Shown in pieces: positions 28,639-39,244 of a stretch of DNA of 64,000 nt. Each line of letters opens with the position of its first letter. Position 1 is the stretch's first letter. The translations under genes were made by a program, and so were the position numbers. The DNA is from Sedimentisphaeraceae bacterium JB056 (GTDB lineage: Bacteria; Planctomycetota; Phycisphaerae; Sedimentisphaerales; Sedimentisphaeraceae), in NCBI GenBank assembly GCA_044440125.1, contig JBITAJ010000012.1, forward strand, positions 32,001-96,000, given 5' to 3'. The notes beneath the pieces are model-generated. The model did no database searches. It worked only from the letters and a program-made list of their open reading frames with translations, and had not been told where the DNA came from.

Positions 28639-29199
28639 ATGAAAGCAACAGATATGAAAAAAGGTATGACCGTTACAATTGACGGAATACTATATTCGAT
28701 TGTGGATTATCAACACGTTAAACTGGGTAAGGGCGGTGCGGTTTACCAGACCAAGCTCAAAAACCTGATTGACGGCGGCATTCGCGATATAAGGCTCAGG
28801 GCTGAAGAGAATATTGAACAGGCTTATCTTGATAAGCGTAATTTCGAATATCTCTATTCAGCGGGCAGTGAACACGTACTTATGGACCTCGAAACTTATG
28901 ATCAGATCACTCTTGACGATGATCAGTTTGGTGAGGGAATGAAATACCTAAAGGGTAACGAGACACTTCAGGTAAGTATGTATAATGAAAAGCCTGTCCA
29001 GATTGTTCTGCCTACAACGGTAGATCTTGAAGTTACCGACACAGCCCCTGAAATCAAGGGTGCTACGGCAACGAATCAGTACAAACCTGCCACACTGGAA
29101 ACGGGTTTGGAAATTTCAGTCCCTCCTTTTATCAAACTTGGTGAAAAAATCCGTGTTGATACCAGAACTGGTGATTATGTAACCAGAGTTAAAGAATAG
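28639..29199 (+). CDS. efp: Translation elongation factor P
   Basis: 'HVKLGKGGA', 'FEYLY', 'KPATLETGLEISVPPFI..GEKIRVDTRTGDY'. Confidence 0.97.
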   Translation: MKATDMKKGMTVTIDGILYSIVDYQHVKLGKGGAVYQTKLKNLIDGGIRDIRLRAEENIEQAYLDKRNFEYLYSAGSEHVLMDLETYDQITLDDDQFGEGMKYLKGNETLQVSMYNEKPVQIVLPTTVDLEVTDTAPEIKGATATNQYKPATLETGLEISVPPFIKLGEKIRVDTRTGDYVTRVKE

Positions 29200-29223
29200 G
29201 CAATAAGGTTTGGAGTAACTTGC

Positions 29224-29264
29224 CGGGGCAGCAGTGAAAGCCGTTGCCCCGGGCTCCTTTTTTT
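29224..29264 (+). terminator. Intrinsic terminator after efp
   Basis: CCGGGGCAGC...GTTGCCCCGG stem followed by a T7 run. Confidence 0.65.
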
Positions 29265-29290
29265 GCAGTTGCAGCTATAGAAAGAATAAA

Positions 29291-32200
29291 ATGCTCTCGA
29301 AAATAAGTAAACTGCTCGTATCAATGTTCGGCTCTCGCAATGAACGTTTGGTAAAAGCGTATATGGATATTGCGCTTTCAGCCGGAGAATTTGAGCCTCA
29401 GATGAAGCAACTCACAGATGAGCAGATTAAGAGTCATACCAGCGTTCTGAAAGATAAGATCAACTCTGGCACCAAGGCTGAGTCTCTTCTGCCTGAAGCC
29501 TTTGCTCTTGTACGTGAAGCCGCGCGAAGAAACATGAATATGCGGCATTATGATGTTCAGCTTGTTGGTGGAAATGTCCTTTTTGAGGGTAAAATCGCAG
29601 AAATGGCTACTGGTGAGGGTAAAACGCTTGTTGCCACACTTGCTGCCTATCTTGTTCACTTACGTGGCAAGCATGTACATGTGATAACTGTTAATGATTA
29701 CCTGGCCAAACGTGACTGTGAGTGGATGAGACCTGTTTATGAGGCTCTTGGACTTACAGTTGGTGCTATACAGTCGGAAATGAATCCCGGCGGTGCCGAA
29801 CGAAAAGAGATGTACGCTCGTGATATCACCTATGGTACAAACAATGAATTCGGTTTTGATTATCTTCGTGACAATATGAAGATGAATGCAGAGCAGCTTG
29901 CCCAAGGCGAGCTTGAATTTGCTCTGATTGATGAGGTTGACTCGATTCTGATTGATGAGGCGCGTACCCCTCTTATTATCAGTGGTCCGGCGTTTGATGA
30001 TATCACACGGTATAAGAAGGCTGATACAGTCGTAAAAGGGCTGATTTCTCTTCAAAGTAAATACGACAGTGTTAAGAAAAGAATAGACCTTGCCGAGAAG
30101 GAAATTGCAGCCGCTGAAGGCGAGATATCTGACTCAGGCAAGGATAAGGAAAGATCTCAAAAAGCACGTGAAGTTCTTGAAAAAGCGAGATCTGAGAAGG
30201 AGCAATCTGAAGAAGAACTTGAAAATACTACCCAGTATTATGAAGTAGAGTACGACCGCAAGAGCGTTCATCTGACCCACGAGGGAACCGGTGCTGCGCA
30301 GGATCTTGCTGATGTCGGCTCGTTCTTTACCGGTACCAATATGGACTGGCCGCATCTTATAGAGCAGGGTCTGCGTGCGAGAATATGTTTTGAGCGTGAA
30401 AAAGATTATGTGGTGATGGATGGTAAAGTCGTTATTGTTGATGAGTTTACCGGTCGTTTGATGGAAGGTCGTCAGTGGTCTGATGGGCTTCACCAGGCAA
30501 TTGAGGCTAAAGAAAATGTTCAGATCAAAGAGGAGTCGCAAACTTTGGCGACAATAACCCTCCAGAACTTCTTCAAGCTTTATGATCAGATTGCCGGTAT
30601 GACAGGTACCGCGATGACTGAGGCCCAGGAATTCAGCGACATTTACGGTCTTGATACCGTTTCCATACCGACTAATAAGCCTTGTGTAAGAGATGACAAA
30701 GACGATCTTATTTTCAAGTCGATGAAGGAAAAATTCGCGGCTATTGTTGAAAATGTCAAGGACATAAGTCAAAGCGGCTGCCCCGTACTGGTAGGTACTG
30801 TAAGTATTGAGAAATCCGAGGCCATTTCCAATGCCTTGATTCGCAAATACGGTATCGAGCATGAGGTACTCAATGCTAAGCAGCATGCACGCGAGGCTTC
30901 TATTGTTGAAAAAGCGGGTTTTACTCATACCGGCAGAGATGGAAAGCAATGGGGAAATGTAACAATTGCTACGAATATGGCCGGTCGTGGTACAGATATC
31001 AAGCTTGGTGAAGGAGTCGCCGAAAGAGGCGGACTTCACATAATCGGTACTGAGCGACATGAATCGAGGCGTATTGATAATCAGCTTCGAGGTCGTGCGG
31101 GGCGTCAGGGAGACAACGGTGCCAGCCAATTCTTCCTGTCGTTCGATGATGATCTTCTGGCTATTTTCTCACCTGACTGGACAGTGAAAGCTCTTACCAG
31201 AACCGGCTGGAAGGAAGGCGATCCTGTTTTCCATCCGTGGATCAGCAGAGGTATAGAAAAAGCTCAGAAAAAAGTTGAGGAAAAGAACTATGAGTCGCGT
31301 AAATCACTTCTCGAATATGATGAAGTGATGGATTATCAACGTAAGATATTCTATACAAGAAGACGTGAGATTCTCAAAGGTGTGGATTTAAGGCAAATTA
31401 TCGAGGATATGATAGCTAATGTTGTATCTGACGCTTGCCAAAGCATATTAAATGAAGACTATCCTTACAACTGCATAGTTGAATGGGCCAGAAGCAACTT
31501 TAATGTTGATGTTACCCTGAAATCGATCAAAGGCGGTGAAATTGAGGATATTGAAAAGCATATAAAGAAGAATGCTAAGAAAGAAGTTGAGTCTGAGATT
31601 GAAATTGCTCTTGGTGAATATATTGAGGATTTCGAGGACAGATCGACCTGGAAGCTTGATAAGCTTTCAAAATGGATGATGAGTTCTTATAGTGCTGACG
31701 TTTCGGTTTCCAAACTTCGCAGTCTGGATGCTTATCAGATACAGGAAATGGTAACTCAGGCTGCATGTGGTCAGGTTGACAACAAAGACAGCTCCATGCT
31801 TGCAGAGTTTTTGAGCGATGACTTTGCGGAAAAAACTTTCCTGGATGCTGTTAATGCCCGTTTTAATCTGAAGCTGACGGTTGAAGATATAAAAGACCGT
31901 TCTTCTGAGGATATACAAGGGGCTATATTGACCTTGATTGCGGAGAAATATGATACTAAGGAGCTTGAGTATCCTATAGACTTTGCTCTTGGAATGGTAT
32001 TTACGCAGCAGGGAGTTAATGCATACGGCTTTGAGATGCTTACAAAATGGGCTAAGCATCGTTATAACTTGGATCTGAATATTGATGAGATACAGAATCA
32101 ACAGCCGGCTGAGCTTCGTAAGCAGCTTATTGAAGCGGCAAAGCATACTTTTGATACTTTTGAGCAGGAAATCAATGACAAAGCTGATGAATGTGAGGCC

Positions 32201-32761
32201 GCTGATTTTGCTCAATGGATGAAGGGACGTTATAATGTAAACTTTGCTCAAGAGCTTCTTGATGACATGGAGAAGGTTAAAGAGAACAGCGTAAAGCTTG
32301 TTCGCAGCATTCTCAGAAATGAACTTTCAAGGCTTGAGAAATATGTGCTCTTGCAGATATATGACAGCACATGGAAAGATCATCTTTATGCTATGGACAG
32401 GCTCAAAGAGAGTATTTTCCTACGTTCTTTTGCGGAAAAAGACCCTAAGGTTGAATACAAACGCGAAGGATACAAGATGTTCGAGGAGATGCTCAGCAGC
32501 GTAGAGCAGAGAGTAACGGATACGATTTTCAAGGTTCGGCTTGCCGGCAATGAGAATACGAAGAACGTTTATTCTGGTCAGAACGCTTCGCATGATGAAG
32601 CCAAGCAGTTTACTCAAACCGAAACGCAGAGGGCGGCAGCAATGGCCCCTCAGAAATCATCACCTGCAGCGCCTATAGTTAATAAGGAGCCAAAGGTAGG
32701 CAGGAATGATCCATGTCCTTGCGGGAGTGGTAAAAAATACAAAAAATGCTGCGGCAGATAG
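29291..32761 (+). CDS. secA: Preprotein translocase subunit SecA (expanded form)
   Basis: 'EMATGEGKT', 'DEVDSILIDEARTPLIISG', 'ERHESRRIDNQLRGR', SEC-C 'GRNDPCPCGSGKKYKKCC'. Confidence 0.98.
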   Translation: MLSKISKLLVSMFGSRNERLVKAYMDIALSAGEFEPQMKQLTDEQIKSHTSVLKDKINSGTKAESLLPEAFALVREAARRNMNMRHYDVQLVGGNVLFEGKIAEMATGEGKTLVATLAAYLVHLRGKHVHVITVNDYLAKRDCEWMRPVYEALGLTVGAIQSEMNPGGAERKEMYARDITYGTNNEFGFDYLRDNMKMNAEQLAQGELEFALIDEVDSILIDEARTPLIISGPAFDDITRYKKADTVVKGLISLQSKYDSVKKRIDLAEKEIAAAEGEISDSGKDKERSQKAREVLEKARSEKEQSEEELENTTQYYEVEYDRKSVHLTHEGTGAAQDLADVGSFFTGTNMDWPHLIEQGLRARICFEREKDYVVMDGKVVIVDEFTGRLMEGRQWSDGLHQAIEAKENVQIKEESQTLATITLQNFFKLYDQIAGMTGTAMTEAQEFSDIYGLDTVSIPTNKPCVRDDKDDLIFKSMKEKFAAIVENVKDISQSGCPVLVGTVSIEKSEAISNALIRKYGIEHEVLNAKQHAREASIVEKAGFTHTGRDGKQWGNVTIATNMAGRGTDIKLGEGVAERGGLHIIGTERHESRRIDNQLRGRAGRQGDNGASQFFLSFDDDLLAIFSPDWTVKALTRTGWKEGDPVFHPWISRGIEKAQKKVEEKNYESRKSLLEYDEVMDYQRKIFYTRRREILKGVDLRQIIEDMIANVVSDACQSILNEDYPYNCIVEWARSNFNVDVTLKSIKGGEIEDIEKHIKKNAKKEVESEIEIALGEYIEDFEDRSTWKLDKLSKWMMSSYSADVSVSKLRSLDAYQIQEMVTQAACGQVDNKDSSMLAEFLSDDFAEKTFLDAVNARFNLKLTVEDIKDRSSEDIQGAILTLIAEKYDTKELEYPIDFALGMVFTQQGVNAYGFEMLTKWAKHRYNLDLNIDEIQNQQPAELRKQLIEAAKHTFDTFEQEINDKADECEAADFAQWMKGRYNVNFAQELLDDMEKVKENSVKLVRSILRNELSRLEKYVLLQIYDSTWKDHLYAMDRLKESIFLRSFAEKDPKVEYKREGYKMFEEMLSSVEQRVTDTIFKVRLAGNENTKNVYSGQNASHDEAKQFTQTETQRAAAMAPQKSSPAAPIVNKEPKVGRNDPCPCGSGKKYKKCCGR

Positions 32762-32807
32762 CTTAAGAGTTATTGTTGTGGAATTCTTTTATATGAAGGA
32801 GTTGAAA

Positions 32808-33833
32808 TTGAAAAGGAAAATGATAATTTTTGCTTTTTTGGCTTTTGCTGTTACTGTTCAGGCCAAGACATGGCAAATAAGTGATGATTTATCTTTAAAA
32901 GAGGTTTCAGGTCAGCAAACTGATTTTGAAATAGATTTTGCAATGCTTAAACGTGCTGCTGATCAAAATAAACCTCAGGAGTTACTTGTAGCAGTGCTGG
33001 ATATGGAGAAGAAATATCCGGATATTACATCAGGTGACGATTGGAAGGCTTATGTTGAGGCTGAAGAAGCACTTGCGAATGAGAAATGGAAGAAAAGTTC
33101 GGAGCTTTTTACTGCTTTTCTCGACAATTATCCCGTAAGCCGTTTTTATAATGCAGCGCTTGAGCGTGAATATGAGATAGCATCAGCTTTTCTTGCCGGC
33201 CAGAAACGACGTGCCTTTGGTATCTTCATGATCCGAGGTTACGATGATGGTGAAGTTATGATGAGGAAAATTTCGGATAAGGCGGGTAACAGCTCGATTG
33301 CTAATAGAGCCTTGAAGACTCTTGCAGAGAGTTTTGAAAGTCGTAAACTTTATTTTGAGGCTTATGATGTTTGGACGGAGATTGCCGTAAGATGGCCGAC
33401 CGGAGAAAGTGGAGAGGAATCTCTACTTGGAATGGCGAGAAATATGCATAGTGCATATAACGGTCCTAATTATGATGCCGCTCCGGTAAAAAGTGCTGAG
33501 GGCTATTACAGTCAATATCAACTTCGTTATCCCCAGCTTGCTGAGAAAAAGGGAGTTGAGCAGCAATATAATAATGCCGTCGAACAAATAGCTTTCAAAT
33601 ATTACAATATTGCTAATTATTATGAAAGAACTGACGATATTGAAAGTGCAATGATCTACTATAATTACGTAATTGATAAAAGTCCTGATACAGAAGTAGC
33701 GAAATTGGCCTCTGGAAAGATGCAGGGTATAAGTGACAGGCCTCAGGAAATTGTCAAGATCAAGCCCGAAGACAAAAGCCTTTGGTGGCGACTATGGCAC
33801 TTTTTCGATTTCGAAGCTGTAGAGAAACTTTGA
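32808..33833 (+). CDS. TPR protein, BamD-like outer-membrane assembly factor
   Basis: Signal peptide; TPR helices; 'YNGPNYD', 'YYNIANYYERT...SAMIYY'; lies between secA and an lptE-like gene; start uncertain (32793/32808/32820). Confidence 0.65.
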   Translation: MKRKMIIFAFLAFAVTVQAKTWQISDDLSLKEVSGQQTDFEIDFAMLKRAADQNKPQELLVAVLDMEKKYPDITSGDDWKAYVEAEEALANEKWKKSSELFTAFLDNYPVSRFYNAALEREYEIASAFLAGQKRRAFGIFMIRGYDDGEVMMRKISDKAGNSSIANRALKTLAESFESRKLYFEAYDVWTEIAVRWPTGESGEESLLGMARNMHSAYNGPNYDAAPVKSAEGYYSQYQLRYPQLAEKKGVEQQYNNAVEQIAFKYYNIANYYERTDDIESAMIYYNYVIDKSPDTEVAKLASGKMQGISDRPQEIVKIKPEDKSLWWRLWHFFDFEAVEKL

Positions 33834-33846
33834 GGAGGTTTTACCA

Positions 33847-34389
33847 ATGAAAAATATAAAGATGAAAACTTTGCTCTTAGTCGTCTGTGCTGTTTTTGTA
33901 ACTCTTAGCGGATGCACTGATTACACCCAGGGCTGGCCTTATCCTGAAGATGTAGATAGTGTTTATGTAGAGATGTTCAATAGCAAAAGTCTTAGAAGAG
34001 GCGCTGAATATACTTTGACTGACGCGATTTGCAAACAGCTTGAGGTGCAGACCCCTTATAAAATAGTTTCGGACAGAAGTCGAGCTGACAGCATAATTTA
34101 TGGAGAAATTGTTTCGCTTGGCGATACTGTTCTCTCTACTGAGGTTGAAACGGGTATGCCAATCGAGAAAGAGACGCGTTTGGCATTGGTGTTTAGTTGG
34201 AAAGATCTCAACACCGGTAAAATGTATGTTAATGAAAAGCAAGTTACTGCCTCTGCCAGCTATATTCGGGAGAAGAAAAGCAGCGACCTTGCTACTTATA
34301 ACTTAAGTCAAAGTTTTGAGTATGCAGCTGATGTTGCAGTGAACAAAGCGGCGGAGAAAGTAGTAGAATCTATGCGGCTTGAATGGTAA
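33847..34389 (+). CDS. LptE-like LPS assembly lipoprotein
   Basis: Lipobox LSGC; 'SVYVEMF.SKS.RRGAEYTLTDAI...TPYKIV...ADSII.GEI'. Confidence 0.75.
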   Translation: MKNIKMKTLLLVVCAVFVTLSGCTDYTQGWPYPEDVDSVYVEMFNSKSLRRGAEYTLTDAICKQLEVQTPYKIVSDRSRADSIIYGEIVSLGDTVLSTEVETGMPIEKETRLALVFSWKDLNTGKMYVNEKQVTASASYIREKKSSDLATYNLSQSFEYAADVAVNKAAEKVVESMRLEW

Positions 34390-34469
34390 GCTTTTGGAAT
34401 GTAGAAATTTAAGTAACTGAATTAAGCAATTTTTTAATAAATACGGTATTAGAGCCGAAAATAATTGAT

Positions 34470-36587
34470 ATGAATGAAAATAACGATCAGAATCAAAGAA
34501 ATAACAAAAGAATGCCCAAAGTACCTCCATTGGCCGGTAAAGGCAAACCTCGAGGTCCTTTTGGCTGGATAATAATAGCTATAATTGTTATAAGCCTTTT
34601 CTCTATGAAGGATAAATTTATGCCGGCTGAGCAGATTACGATCAGCCAGTTTAAAAATTTCATAGATTTGGGTTATGTGAGTTCCGTTGAGATAGGTATA
34701 AGCTCTTCGAACATTACGGGTAAATTCAGTGAAGCGGGCATAACTGCACGTAATCAGCAAAACGGCAGTGCTCTTGCTTCATTTAAAACGCAGTGTATTC
34801 CGGAAGTTGTGCCGGATCTTACAAAAAAACTTGATGATAATAATGTAAGTTACAAATTTGTAGGTGATGGAACTTTTTGGCTTATACTGATAAATCTTGC
34901 ACCGTTCCTCTTTGTAATATTGATTTTCTGGTTTATCTTTGCCCGGAATATGAAGGGCGGTCCTGGTGGGATGTTGATGAATTTCGGCAGAAGCAAGGCC
35001 AAGCTTTTCAACACTGAGGACAAGAAGGTTACTTTTGATGATGTTGCCGGAATTGAAGAGGCTAAGGATGAGGTTAGCGAAATAATCGAATTTTTGAAGA
35101 ATCCAAAGCGTTTCATGAAGATTGGTGGACGCATTCCTCGCGGATTGCTCCTTGAGGGCCCTCCCGGATGCGGTAAGACTCTTCTTGCCCGTGCGATTGC
35201 CGGTCAGGCGGATGTGCCTTTCTTCAGCATAAGCGGTAGTGATTTTGTCGAAATGTTTGTTGGTGTCGGTGCCAGCCGTGTTCGCGACTTGTTCAAGCAG
35301 GCCAAGGAAAATTCTCCTTGTATCATTTTCCTCGATGAAGTTGATGCAATCGGTAAGAAACGTGGTCCTGGAGTAACCAGCGGCGGACATGATGAACGTG
35401 AGCAGACGCTTAACGCGATTCTGGTTGAGATGGATGGTTTTGAGTCGAGCGATCAGGTAATCGTGATTGCCGCCACTAATAGGGCTGACGTTCTTGACAA
35501 GGCTCTGACTCGTCCGGGACGATTTGACAGGCAGGTATTTGTGCCGCTGCCAGATATCAAGGGGCGTGCGGAAATCCTGAAAGTACATGCTAAGAAGGTT
35601 AAGCTTTCTCCTGATGTTAATCTTGATATTATAGCCCGTGGAACTCCAATGTTCAGTGGTGCCGAGCTTGAGTCTCTTATAAATGAAGCGGCAATCGCGG
35701 CAACAATGGCTGATAAAGACTTCATCGAACAAGCCGACCTTGAAGAGGCCAGGGATAAAGTTCGCTGGGGACGTGCCAAGAAGAGCCGTGCGATCGATCA
35801 GAAAGAAAAAGAACTTACGGCGTATCATGAGGCCGGCCATACACTCATTCAGGCACTTCTGGATGATGCCGATCCTCTGCACAAGGTCAGTATTATTCCT
35901 CGCGGGCCTATGGGTGGTGCGACATTCTCCTTGCCGGAGAAAGATCGTTACACTTATTCGCAGAATTTCTGCAAGGCTTATCTGCAGGTGTGTTTTGGCG
36001 GTCGTATTGCTGAGGAAATATTCTGCGGCGATATCACAAGCGGTGCATCGGCTGATATCAAGCAGGCTACAGCTATGGCAAAAACCATGGTTCTCAGCTG
36101 GGGCATGAGTGATAAGCTCGGTCTGATTGACTTTGTCGGTGATAATCCATACAAGGAAATGGGACTTGCCAGCGGCAATGAATATTCCGAGCAAACATCT
36201 CAATCAATCGATCAGGAAATAAAACGACTTCTTGATAATGCTTATGATAATGCTAAAGCATTGGTCAATAAGCATAAGGATAAGGTTGAGCAGATTGCGA
36301 TGGCTCTTATCAAGTATGAAACACTTGACGCTGAAGAAGTACGTATGATACTTGATGGCGAAGAGATAGACAGGCCAACGGTCGCCGAGCTCTTACAGGC
36401 TGAGCAGGAGAAGGCTGCTAAAGCTGCTGAAGAGGAAAAACAGCGTCTTGAGGCTGTCAAGAAAGTTGTAGAAGCGGTTGATTCTGATGAAAAGCTGCCT
36501 CCAAGCGGCAGTGATGAAGATCAGGGGCAGAAGTCTGAGGAATCGCAAAACGAAGACGACCAGAGTGAAAGCCCGAAACAACAGTAA
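34470..36587 (+). CDS. ftsH: ATP-dependent zinc metalloprotease FtsH
   Basis: 2 TM helices; Walker A GPPGCGKT; 'TRPGRFDR'; HEAGH zinc motif. Confidence 0.98.
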   Translation: MNENNDQNQRNNKRMPKVPPLAGKGKPRGPFGWIIIAIIVISLFSMKDKFMPAEQITISQFKNFIDLGYVSSVEIGISSSNITGKFSEAGITARNQQNGSALASFKTQCIPEVVPDLTKKLDDNNVSYKFVGDGTFWLILINLAPFLFVILIFWFIFARNMKGGPGGMLMNFGRSKAKLFNTEDKKVTFDDVAGIEEAKDEVSEIIEFLKNPKRFMKIGGRIPRGLLLEGPPGCGKTLLARAIAGQADVPFFSISGSDFVEMFVGVGASRVRDLFKQAKENSPCIIFLDEVDAIGKKRGPGVTSGGHDEREQTLNAILVEMDGFESSDQVIVIAATNRADVLDKALTRPGRFDRQVFVPLPDIKGRAEILKVHAKKVKLSPDVNLDIIARGTPMFSGAELESLINEAAIAATMADKDFIEQADLEEARDKVRWGRAKKSRAIDQKEKELTAYHEAGHTLIQALLDDADPLHKVSIIPRGPMGGATFSLPEKDRYTYSQNFCKAYLQVCFGGRIAEEIFCGDITSGASADIKQATAMAKTMVLSWGMSDKLGLIDFVGDNPYKEMGLASGNEYSEQTSQSIDQEIKRLLDNAYDNAKALVNKHKDKVEQIAMALIKYETLDAEEVRMILDGEEIDRPTVAELLQAEQEKAAKAAEEEKQRLEAVKKVVEAVDSDEKLPPSGSDEDQGQKSEESQNEDDQSESPKQQ

Positions 36588-36604
36588 AAAAAAAATGAAA
36601 TATT

Positions 36605-36639
36605 AAAAGGGAGACGGCTTTTGCTGTCTCCCTTTTTTT
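36605..36639 (+). terminator. Intrinsic terminator after ftsH
   Basis: AAAAGGGAGACGGC-TTTT-GCTGTCTCCCTTTTTTT. Confidence 0.85.
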
Positions 36640-36674
36640 GTGACTGAAATTCGTTTAATACGGAAGGGGATAAA

Positions 36675-38477
36675 ATGAGAACAGGGACAAGTTATAAAAA
36701 GATGATTCTGCCGGTAATGGCTGTTGTTTTATGTTTAGTGAGCGGTTTTGCTGTTGCGAGTCAGCGTGTGGTTGAATATGAAAGTGACTACTCTGATGTT
36801 TCGCTTGAGGCGGTCAGGCTTGCTGACGGGTCTGCGGCGATAGCGTTCAGGTTTACCGGTACGGATAATGTGCATTATTATGCGGATAAGGAAACTGCTC
36901 CGGGTGGTATGTCGCTTGCGATTGACTCCAATCTGCCTGAAGACTGCTCGGCTGATGCGCCGATGTTTCCGAAGGCTAAAGATTATTATGATAAGGGCTT
37001 GCAGCAGGATATAAAGGTTTACAGCGGCGATTTTGATGTTGTTGTGGGTTTGGATTGTAAAGAGGCGGGTGAAGTCGAGGCTTCTTTCACTGTTCACGGC
37101 ATAGCGTGTACCGATAAGTTGTGCTTGCCGCCGTTTTCGCACGATCTGACTATTAAGGTCGATACCTCAGAGGTTCAGTCATGGCCAGCGTGGCAGAAAA
37201 CGGATAAATCTGAGCCTGAGCCCACTGTTTCTGCTGATGCAAAAGAAGCGAAAGAAGAGGGGGCAGCGATTGTTGTTTCGGAGTTTTCGGTTGCCTCGGC
37301 TGTGAAATATTTTCTGCTTGCGATATTGGCTGGGCTTACGTTCAATATTATGCCGTGCGTGTGGCCCGTGCTTCCTTTGGCAGTGCAGAGGCTTGTCAAT
37401 TTCTCCGGTGGCAATAAAAAGACTCTCCTGCTCCACGGTGCGGCTTTCAGCGGTGGTATAATTCTGTTTTTCGTTCTCTTTGCCGCAATCAGCGTGGTGC
37501 TTAAGCTTACAACCGGAGCCGCTCTTGACTGGTCGGAACATCTGCGTTATCCATCAGTGATAATCGGTATGGGGCTCTTGCTTGTTGTTCTGGCTATGTT
37601 TATGTTCGATATATTTGTAGTGGGTGTGCCAAGCTCCGTTGCCTCAAAATCCGGCGGTAATGGTACTGTCAGCGGCAGCATCGGCATGGGATTTCTCGCG
37701 GCGGTTTTAAGTACGCCTTGCAGCGGTGCGATATTGGCGGCGGTTCTTGTATGGGCACAAACGCAAAACCTTGCAGTCAGCACGGTAACGATAATCCTCA
37801 TGGGTTTTGGTATGGCGATTCCATACATGATACTTGCAAATTCACCTGCACTTCTCAAAAAACTTCCCAGACCCGGCACATGGATGGAGATTTTCCGCAA
37901 GGCAATGGGTTTCTTACTGCTTGTGATAGCATTTAAGCTCATGCTTGCACTGCCAGAGAAATATCTGGGCGGAGCGTTCTATTATTCGCTTGTGGTTGCT
38001 TTTGCCGCATGGATGTGGGGCGGCTGGGTGAATATAACCAGCCCGAAGAAGAAAAAAATCACCGTTCGTCTGCTGGCTTTATTACTTCTGGTATTGACTG
38101 CTAAGCCGCTTTTGAAACCGGAGGTAAGTGTTGTAGATTGGCAAGGTTACGATCGGGTTCAGGTGAGTTCACTGACTTCAGCGGGTGAGCCTGTTTTGAT
38201 AAAATTTACGGCAAAATGGTGCACCAATTGCCATTATCTCGACAGAACGGTATATTCAGACCCTGAGATCGCAAAACTGCTTGAAGAAAAAGGTATAACT
38301 CCTGTTAAAGCAGATACGACATCCTTCGATGATCCGGCAACCGAAGACCTCAAAGCAATATACAACGAGCCGGGAAGCGTGCCTGTAACAATAATAATAG
38401 CCCCCGACGGCAGCCTGACGAAACTGCGCGGCGTATTCGAAAAGAAAGAGCTGATCGAAGCAATCGAAAGCCTTTGA
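36675..38477 (+). CDS. dsbD: Thiol:disulfide interchange protein DsbD
   Basis: N-domain 'CTDKLCLPP'; TM cysteines 'MPCVWPVL' and 'STPCSG'; thioredoxin 'WCTNC'. Confidence 0.88.
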   Translation: MRTGTSYKKMILPVMAVVLCLVSGFAVASQRVVEYESDYSDVSLEAVRLADGSAAIAFRFTGTDNVHYYADKETAPGGMSLAIDSNLPEDCSADAPMFPKAKDYYDKGLQQDIKVYSGDFDVVVGLDCKEAGEVEASFTVHGIACTDKLCLPPFSHDLTIKVDTSEVQSWPAWQKTDKSEPEPTVSADAKEAKEEGAAIVVSEFSVASAVKYFLLAILAGLTFNIMPCVWPVLPLAVQRLVNFSGGNKKTLLLHGAAFSGGIILFFVLFAAISVVLKLTTGAALDWSEHLRYPSVIIGMGLLLVVLAMFMFDIFVVGVPSSVASKSGGNGTVSGSIGMGFLAAVLSTPCSGAILAAVLVWAQTQNLAVSTVTIILMGFGMAIPYMILANSPALLKKLPRPGTWMEIFRKAMGFLLLVIAFKLMLALPEKYLGGAFYYSLVVAFAAWMWGGWVNITSPKKKKITVRLLALLLLVLTAKPLLKPEVSVVDWQGYDRVQVSSLTSAGEPVLIKFTAKWCTNCHYLDRTVYSDPEIAKLLEEKGITPVKADTTSFDDPATEDLKAIYNEPGSVPVTIIIAPDGSLTKLRGVFEKKELIEAIESL

Positions 38478-38520
38478 TATATTTTAAAAGAGCTAAAGAA
38501 TGAGAATTTATTTGAAATTT

Positions 38521-38538
38521 AGTCAATTATAGTTTACT
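38521..38538. promoter_or_regulatory. Putative TA autoregulatory operator
   Basis: AGTCAATTATAGTTTACT imperfect palindrome (14/18) just upstream of the toxin start. Confidence 0.45.
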
Positions 38539-38547
38539 ATATAAATT

Positions 38548-38883
38548 ATGGTTTATGAAGTAACCCTATATCAGACCACTAAAGGCGATATTCCTGTTAG
38601 GAAATGGCTGTCGAAGCTGAATGTTACAACGCGGGATAGAGTCTATAGTAGGCTTATGCGAATTGAACAGGGTAATTTCGGAGATCATAAACAGATAGAG
38701 ACTGAATTGTATGAACTCAGATTTTTCTTTGATGGTGGGTTGCGAGTTTATTATACGGTTCAAGATGAAAGAGTTGTTGTTCTGTTTTGTGGAGGGAACA
38801 AAAAAAGTCAGAAGCGTGATATAAGCAAAGCTATCGCATTATTATATGAATATAAAAAGGAATTGAATGATGCCTCTACATAA
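38548..38883 (+). CDS. RelE/HigB-type toxin (addiction module killer protein)
   Basis: 'RIEQGNFGDHK...LYELRFFFDGGLRVYY...LFCGGNKKSQKRDI'. Confidence 0.9.
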   Translation: MVYEVTLYQTTKGDIPVRKWLSKLNVTTRDRVYSRLMRIEQGNFGDHKQIETELYELRFFFDGGLRVYYTVQDERVVVLFCGGNKKSQKRDISKAIALLYEYKKELNDAST

Positions 38884-39172
38884 ATTAGAAGACATAATTG
38901 CTGAAGATTTGAAAGGGCGTGATGGGCTTGAAAGTTTTCTTGATACTCTCCTTGAAGAGTATGAAACTACCGGAGATAAAGAAACTTTTCTGCGGCTGTT
39001 GAAGATCGCTGCCAAAGCTCGTGGCGGCATAGAAGAAACAGCGGTCAAGACAGGCCTTACCAAGCAGGCGATATACAAGATATTTTCCGGCAAGGGAAAT
39101 CCCACTTTCAACAGTCTTGTAAAAATAATCGAATCACTCGGCTACAGGCTGACCGTTAAACCCATCAACTGA
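38867..39172 (+). CDS. HTH antitoxin (addiction module antidote)
   Basis: 'AKARGGIEETAVKTGLTKQAIYKIFSGKGNPTFNSLVKI..SLG'; overlaps the toxin. Confidence 0.9.
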   Translation: MMPLHKLEDIIAEDLKGRDGLESFLDTLLEEYETTGDKETFLRLLKIAAKARGGIEETAVKTGLTKQAIYKIFSGKGNPTFNSLVKIIESLGYRLTVKPIN

Positions 39173-39244
39173 GGTTTGTATTACGGCCTATTTAGCAAAT
39201 TTACAGATGGTCATATTCTAACGATTCTGATACGTAACAAATAG

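Noticed and set aside
30134..31129. 331-aa minus-strand ORF
   Set aside because: Antisense shadow within secA
34779..36203. 474-aa minus-strand ORF
   Set aside because: Antisense shadow of conserved ftsH
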